Shown: piece after piece, positions 57,515 through 64,000 of the stretch
Numbering within the stretch: the stretch's first letter is position 1
Layout: every line of letters begins with the position of its first letter
Origin: the human T2T-CHM13v2.0 reference genome, Homo sapiens
Reading direction: 5' to 3'
Length of the DNA: 64,000 nucleotides
NCBI GenBank assembly: GCA_009914755.4
Contig: CP068257.2
Location: 36,192,001-36,256,000 of the forward strand
Made by a program: the position numbers and the translations under genes
The notes under the pieces: generated by a model
What the model was told of the DNA's origin: nothing
Seen by the model: the letters and a program-made list of their open reading frames with translations, nothing else
Databases searched by the model: none

Positions 57515-57870
57515 TAGGTGTTGCTGTGAAGATATTTTGTGGATGTGATCATAATTGGTTGACTTTAAATTAAGGGGAGGTTATCGCAGATAATCTGAGT
57601 GGGCCTGACTCAATTAGGCAAAGTTCTTTAAACGCTGGCTTGAAGCTTCCCTGAGAAAAGAAGACATTCTGTCTGTGGATGGTGGATTCAGTTCCTGCCT
57701 GAGAGCTCCTGCCTGCTGTTCTTGGTGGCCTGCCCTTCAGGCTTTAAGACTTGCTTAGTCAGCCCTCACAATTACATAACACAATGTCTTGTAATAAGCC
57801 TCTTACTGTGTATCACTTCCTCATTCTGCTTCTCTATTGAACCCTGACTGGTATACCAGGAGAGACATCA
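57515..57870 (-). mobile_element. Possible ancient LTR (MLT/MER-type) fragment, antisense; tentative
   Basis: gatgtgatcataattggttgactttaaattaaggggaggttatcgcagataatctgagtgggcctgactcaattaggc... resembles the inverse end of MLT-type LTRs (gatgtaatcaagttaagatgaggtcatactggattagggtgggccctaatcc...). Divergence is high. Confidence 0.3.
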
Positions 57871-60800
57871 CAATTAACAAGTGGATCTGATGAGTTGGGA
57901 GAATACCTTTGGGTTTCTATAGATGGATGGAAGGAGGAAATTGGTCCTTGGGTGGGCACAGGCTGCTGGTTCTTCACTGAACCAGGAGCCCGACCTTTCA
58001 CATACTTTTGTGCAGCTTTTGCTAAAGGAACAGACCTGGCCGGAGCTGGACAGTGAGGCCAGGGTTGCATTCAAATGGAATGACCAGCTGGACATTGGTC
58101 CCTGCCTACTGGCAACTGGGGAGAATGAGCAAGAAAAGTGTGGATCAGAAACTAAGTACAGAGAATGTCAAAAGGGTCCATTGGCAATTCCCACGAAACA
58201 GCACTTCAGCCAGATTCACCTGCCACCAGGCCATGGTCAAGAGGACCATGTCTCTTGAGATCTGGGGGCCACAGGATGAACTAGAGATGGCCAACGGCTG
58301 TTGGAAAGAGAAAGGAGGATGGGAATGATGAATAAGCAATGAAGATTACTGGATGTCTTCAATACAAAACTACGCATTACTTAGAACATATCCTTCTAGG
58401 TTTTCTGATTCTAGCTATTCATTGCCATTCAGCTATTTTTACAATCTCTAAATTGTAGAGAACTGATGGCAGTGCAGTTATAATTGGCAACGCAAACATG
58501 ATTATTGTGTATAGACTGGCAAATAAATTCTGTTAGGTGGATGCTCAAATAATATCCCTTCTCATAGAAAAAGCCATCTTGACATTCCTTAACTCCATAG
58601 AAATGTGCCATTCTTTGACTTCTTCTTTGAATCTTTTGTAACATTTATATGATTTCCTTATTAATTAATAAGTGTAATAAAATATTTTCCATATGTTAGT
58701 TTTATATTTGCCTGAGAGTCATGATTTTACGCTATTTAAAAATCATCCTTTAATAACACCTGAGGTGTCTAGGGTACTACAGGGAGCAACATCAGAGGCA
58801 GCATCGCACTCAGAGTCAGGGACAAAAATCTGTCCAGTGAGGAGAGCTGAGGGGTCACTGGCCCCCAGAAAGCCCCATGCAGCCAAGCTTGCAGCAGGGA
58901 CAATATGAATGAAAGCAAACTGTTTTATTTTTATTTTTAAAAGTTAGGGCAAAATACAGATCCTTTATCTTGCCTTTTGAGAGTAATATCAAGAGATGCT
59001 TTTATAGTTTTTTGAAGAAGAGTGAAATCCATCTCTGCCTCATCTTTATATAAACATTTGTTTACGTATTTGTACTTTATATCCTACCTGCTTCCAAAAA
59101 CAACAATTGAAATGGGCCAAACGGTAATAAAAGCGACAATAATAGATTGTGTAGCAGACCAGACCTTACCTTGCAAAGAGTGATGTCAGCTGTAGAACCA
59201 CACAGCAGATGGTGAAAAACCATATGATAAAAATAACAGAAGGTTACACGGTAAATATATTACCACAACAATCAGGCAGCGAAGAGACTGGTGAACAGAG
59301 AGGGAAAAGCCAGGGGGCAGAAGGATCATCCAAGGTCATGATCTCTGAGATATTAATGGTACCTTGCACTTTGGGTTTATATGTCAACAGTCTCTGAAGA
59401 GCCAGGTGTGGTTGCACTTTCATTAGGACTTGGCCTTTATATAGCAGGTAGCTGGGGACAGAAAGGTCCAGGGCTGGGCAGCAGAAATCGCTAGTTCTTG
59501 TGTGGATGGAAACACTGGTGCAGGAATGGGGACCATCTTTTCCCTAAGACCTCACAGCCAGCTGGGAGAATGAAGTTGAAGGCCAGCTCTCTGGCTGCTC
59601 CGGGCATCCTATGTATCTGGCCATGTTGCCTCCAGCACTATGGGGACAGTGGGGATGGCTATGTCAGGGGTCTCAGAGCACTTTGCAAACAATGCAATAA
59701 ATACGGTGGAGGGTAGCACATTCTCCTATTAATATACATGACTACAGCTAGCGAGATCATTACTGCAAAGTTTAGGGCAAGTTGTATGAGATCTGCGATT
59801 ACAGAGATTTGTACTGTCTGGAATATAATTTTTAAAAATTCTCCAGAAAGCCTTTTTAAGGAAAATATCACAGAATTAAACTGAATGTGTGTGTATCCTA
59901 TAAAACATGGTGTGCCTTCAACAAGTAAATTATACATCTTATCAAGAGAAGCATTTGGAAAACTAAGATAAAATGTGAATTCTCTTACCATCTAGAGGCT
60001 GCTATTCAGAGAAGGATGCAGATTAAAGCTGAGTTCCAGACAAGGGAGGAGAAACATCTCTCTGGGATTTGTGGGAAAAATATAAATCGAACTTGAAAGG
60101 TCCCGAGGAAGTAGCGGTCCATGCATGTTTACACAAAGGGAAGATGTGTTAGTCGGAAAATCAGAGGACTAACCTCAGAACCCTGGAAATGTACCAGTTA
60201 GGGGACAATCCCTGTGTAAATTCTCACAGCTCAAGACCTGTGCAATATTCTAAGCAGAATTACAAAGGGCTCTCACAACGGGCAGGCATGGCTGGGGTTG
60301 GGTGGAGAGGGGAGGACAGAGGCGCTGGCAATCATCAAACAAAATGAAAATGTTCTTCAGAATCCACAGTACACAAGATTCTTGGAAGCTATTTATGTGG
60401 ATGACAGTTTTACAACATGGCTCTCAAGCTGTGTGTTTGGTGTTTCACTCACAGTTTAGAAGAGGGAAAAACGCAGTAGAGAATGGTGATGGAGCACCCA
60501 TTGCCTGTTGGGCAAGAAATTCACAGTGGCCCTGGGATAGAGAGCCAGGCTTTGTGGATCCCTGAGCTGTGCTCTAGGCAGTGAATTCTTTAGGGATGAT
60601 CGAAGCAGGCTGTGAGTGGATCGCCTGGGTGGCTTGGAGTCAATCATGAATCACACACTCTGGGGACATGGAGGGATAGAAGCCATGCCCATCATGAGGC
60701 ACCTTTGATTGACAAGGGGCTGCTCTCCCATTTCCATGGCCTCCACGGCCGAGCCCTCATATGAGTGACCCCTCTTCTAACCTTAATACACTACTGGCTA

Positions 60801-63800
60801 ACAGTTATTGAGCACCTACTGTATGCCAAGCATTCCTTTCTGGGTAATAATTCATAGAAATAATCCAAGAGGTGTTTTTACAGATCTGAGTGGAGAAACT
60901 CATCAGGTAAGTTAGTTAGTTTGTGTTTTAAATGTACAACCATTTTCCTAAGTTGTCAGTTCCAATAATTCTTGGATCTGGTTAAGCTGGATCCTGATAG
61001 GAACATTTGCCTCGGGCTTTTACATGTTTGTGTAATTTGGGTTTAGCTCACCTGCTCATTTCAAACCCTGTCAGGAGCTGGAACAATTTCTACCTGCGAT
61101 GTAGGTGGCTGATGACATGGACTGATTTGAAGGAAGTAGACAGGTTCTAGCTAACCCTGAGTAGCCTCCCTCACCCTTCAAGCTACATGGTGTCTTTATC
61201 CTTGAATGATTTAATTCCACTTTGTCATTCACACATCTGAATTAGGTAGCAAAATCCTATTTAGGCTCCTTTAAGAGGCCAGCCTGGAAAACCTACTCAT
61301 CCCCTACCACTGGCCTATTGGTTGACCAGATGGCAGTGGTCCCTTTAGCAGATGCTAAGTAGTGAAGTCTGGGCTTTAGGACTTGGCAGCTAAAAGGAAA
61401 GACTGAGTGGCTTCCAAGGGTAGACCCAAGGGGTGGGGTGCTATAGATAGTAGGAAGTGAAAAGCAAAGGGCCAGCTCAGGCAGAGGGTAGGCCAAGACA
61501 AGGCATTTGCTGCAGAGAATGGCACAGGACCCTGGGAGGATGAAGGGAAGGAGAAAGGAGAACACACTTCTCTGAGTGGGCATCTTGCATAGAAACATAT
61601 TTCCTGGAAGAGGGAGACAGGAGCTGTAGCCAGATGATACATTTTCCCTTTTCTGATGCTCATGTATGTTGCAATGACCAGGAAGGCATGCAATCCATGG
61701 AGGATTTCCCACCCACCCCCGCCCCCACCCCCCGGCCCCAGCCACCTGGCCTGCTGAAAACAGATAGGCACATGGCATTGTATCTCTGGTGAGATAAATT
61801 AAAGATCTGAAAGCAATATGCCATCAATAGCCAGCATTAAACAGAGATCGCAGGAGTGGAACAGACCTTTTAAGCATCTGTTTTCTTTGAAGCTCAGTAT
61901 TTCTCTCTTTGGCACAGGCCCAGCTACCTAACTGGCAAAGACCCAAACCCATCCCAGAATTGCCTCTTGGGATCCAAAATAGCCAGTCCATCAGGATGGA
62001 ACATTCTCTCTCTGCCTTGCTTTCCGCACTGTTAGAATAATTCTGAGATATTTCAGACAGTACATTAAAAATACTTAGAACAATTCAAATTTTTTTTTTT
62101 TTTTTTGGTTTCCAAAAGCAGCTCTTAGGAAGGCATTTAAAACCAACTGTAAATCATTTGAAAGTGAATTTGTACACAGTACAATGTATGCCCAAATGGT
62201 CTGGTTCCTTTATTATCAGACATTTATATTTGATGATGTCTATAAATTTTTGAGTGACTTTTCAAGGGGGTCATCTTGCTAACATCAAAGGGTGATCTGA
62301 TGATGCCATCGTCCATCATGGCTCATTCTCTTCCTACAGCTTCTGCACCCGGTGGGTTCTGCTTTTGAACTGTAGCTTGGCCTGACTACTCATGTGAGCC
62401 TTGTGGTGTGATCTGGGAAATTCTTTGTGCATCTTACAGACTCAAACACCAATCCCAAGTCTTGGAAGATGCACCATTATCTCTATCTACCCAGATTTTT
62501 TTTGGCCACAATCATGCATTTTCTTACTTTCCTGATTCTTCTCTCCCATTCATTACCTTCTTTTTTCCTATTTTCATTCCCTCCTCTTGATGTTGAGGGC
62601 TCCACTGACTGCCATTGACACAAGAGCTTAGTATGGATGGAGGGGACAGTTTCAAGTGGATGAGAACTATCATGGCAAATGATAGGATAGTTGGATTGGG
62701 CACACCTTGCATCCTGTACCGTGGGGGGAGCCATGGCCATGAAGATAGCTTGCATGACATCATAGCCATGATAGTCATTGAACATGTGTTGTGTCCACTC
62801 CTCTGATCCTGGTGTTCTGCTCTGCCTTGCACCGTAATCACAGACGAATGCCAGAGCTCAAACCAAAACCTGGACTTCGTGTTCCAGGTGGGTGGGAATT
62901 GAAGCAAGAAATGCAAGGCTGATATAGACCCTGTACACCTCCCACCCACGTATCTGGCAGAATGTTCAGGTGAAGGGCTAGAAGAGGGCCCGATGAGGGC
63001 AGAGGCCAGCTCTACCCTTGACAGGAGGACAGAAATCTGGGCACAACCACACCCTGGGCTCTGAGACTTTTTCCTGAATAACAGTAAGATTTGTACTCTG
63101 GGGTATTCTTCCTACATGACTCATGGCTCTCTCTTCAAATCTGGAAGAAGTTGCCTGAAGAACAGTGTGCTCTTGCAGACAGATGAGTAAACCGGCAGAC
63201 AGATGGGTGGACTTCTAGATAAACAGTGATGGAGAGAGGTGAGGCTGCAGCATGCAATGTGCCCAGAGTCACAGAAGTTTGGTATTGTGGTTTATTTCCC
63301 ATTCACAAAGTATAACCACCTGTTTTTTCTTCTATTTTTTTAACGAAAAGCTTTTTAAAAACCTGTTAAGAAATAAAATGATTCTTGGACATTAGGCAGC
63401 TGTTAAAATGTTTTGATGGGTTTAGAATAAATAACTCAGAAACATATGGATTTGATTTTTCATAAGTTAAATGTGTGTATTTTCAAATGAGAAGCAAATT
63501 TCCCAGGAAAATACAGTTCAGTTTTTTTTTGACGGGGATTGTGGGAGAAGGTTGGTTATTAAACAAACAAATGTAAGCACACAAATCAAAGTGAAGAGGT
63601 ATGGGGCACGGATGTCCTAAGAGCTACTCTGGTCCATCAACACAGGGCAAGGCAGAAAAACAAGGCTGTCCTCAGGGAGCTTACCTGGTTAATTCATTAA
63701 CTAACGTGTGAAATGACATCTGAAGGAGTCATCAAGAATGAGTATATCTATCAGGATGGAGTAGCACACCCCAGACCTAGAAGTCTAATCAAGGCTGCCT

Positions 63801-64000
63801 GATGTTCAAGAAGCCATAACTAATAACATGCCTAGAAATAATATGTGGGCAAACCTAAGCAAATCAGTTGCCTGGAGTCTGGATCTTACAAAGTCAAAGG
63901 GCAAGGCTTCCTCTGTGTCACCGGCATTAGTTAGGGAATGGGGCACCTTGGCCACCAACAGGAAGTTTTCAGTGCACCCAGGAGGTGCAGCCTACAGGAG

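Noticed and set aside
61293-61778. Longest ORF in the window, 161 aa on the minus strand at 61293..61778, with an overlapping 131-aa ORF at 61376..61771
   Set aside because: Two mutually overlapping frames on the same strand, and a C-rich tract (cccacccccgcccccaccccccggcccc) generating poly-G/P, indicate a compositional artefact. No homology was recognised.

Overview
This window is primate (human-type) nuclear DNA, not prokaryotic sequence. It is AT-rich and CpG-depleted, and carries about ten Alu elements, several L1 3' ends and ORF2 remnants, MIR SINEs, four THE1/MST-type MaLR solo LTRs, MLT1-type LTRs and many microsatellites. No operon-like array, no CRISPR array and no long intact ORF is present; the longest ORF in the track is 161 aa and low-complexity. 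I therefore find no defence island or novel prokaryotic-style system here and do not invent one.

Nearly every ORF in the supplied track has one of these sources:
- degraded L1 ORF2
- antisense reading of L1 3' UTRs or Alus
- chance ORFs in a GC-rich block around 20-21.6 kb
- low-complexity CT- or GA-rich tracts

The window looks like a gene-poor intergenic or intronic region built from layered transposon insertions. L1 and Alu insertions have intact target-site duplications, and three insertions sit nested in older L1s (an Alu at 6067-6367, an AluY at 49616-49925, a younger L1 3' end at 45886-46297); a fourth event, a solo LTR splitting an L1 3' end at 14843-15221, marks only that position.

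The observations most worth following up are:
- a pair of short candidate exons with canonical splice signals at 31811-31893 and 32181-32236
- a 5S-rRNA-derived 44-nt fragment flanked by an 11-bp direct repeat at 13703-13767
- an unexplained diverged ~110-bp duplicate pair at 9320-9430 and 10463-10573
- a CpG-retaining, TAAT-rich block at about 9800-10140 that could be a conserved non-coding element
- an inverted pair of ~370-bp LTRs at 16034-16396 and 17179-17545
- a short interstitial telomere-like (CCCTAA)n at 27333-27361

All coordinates are read by eye from the sequence and are approximate to within about 5 bp. Repeat family names come from memory of consensus sequences, not from a search.
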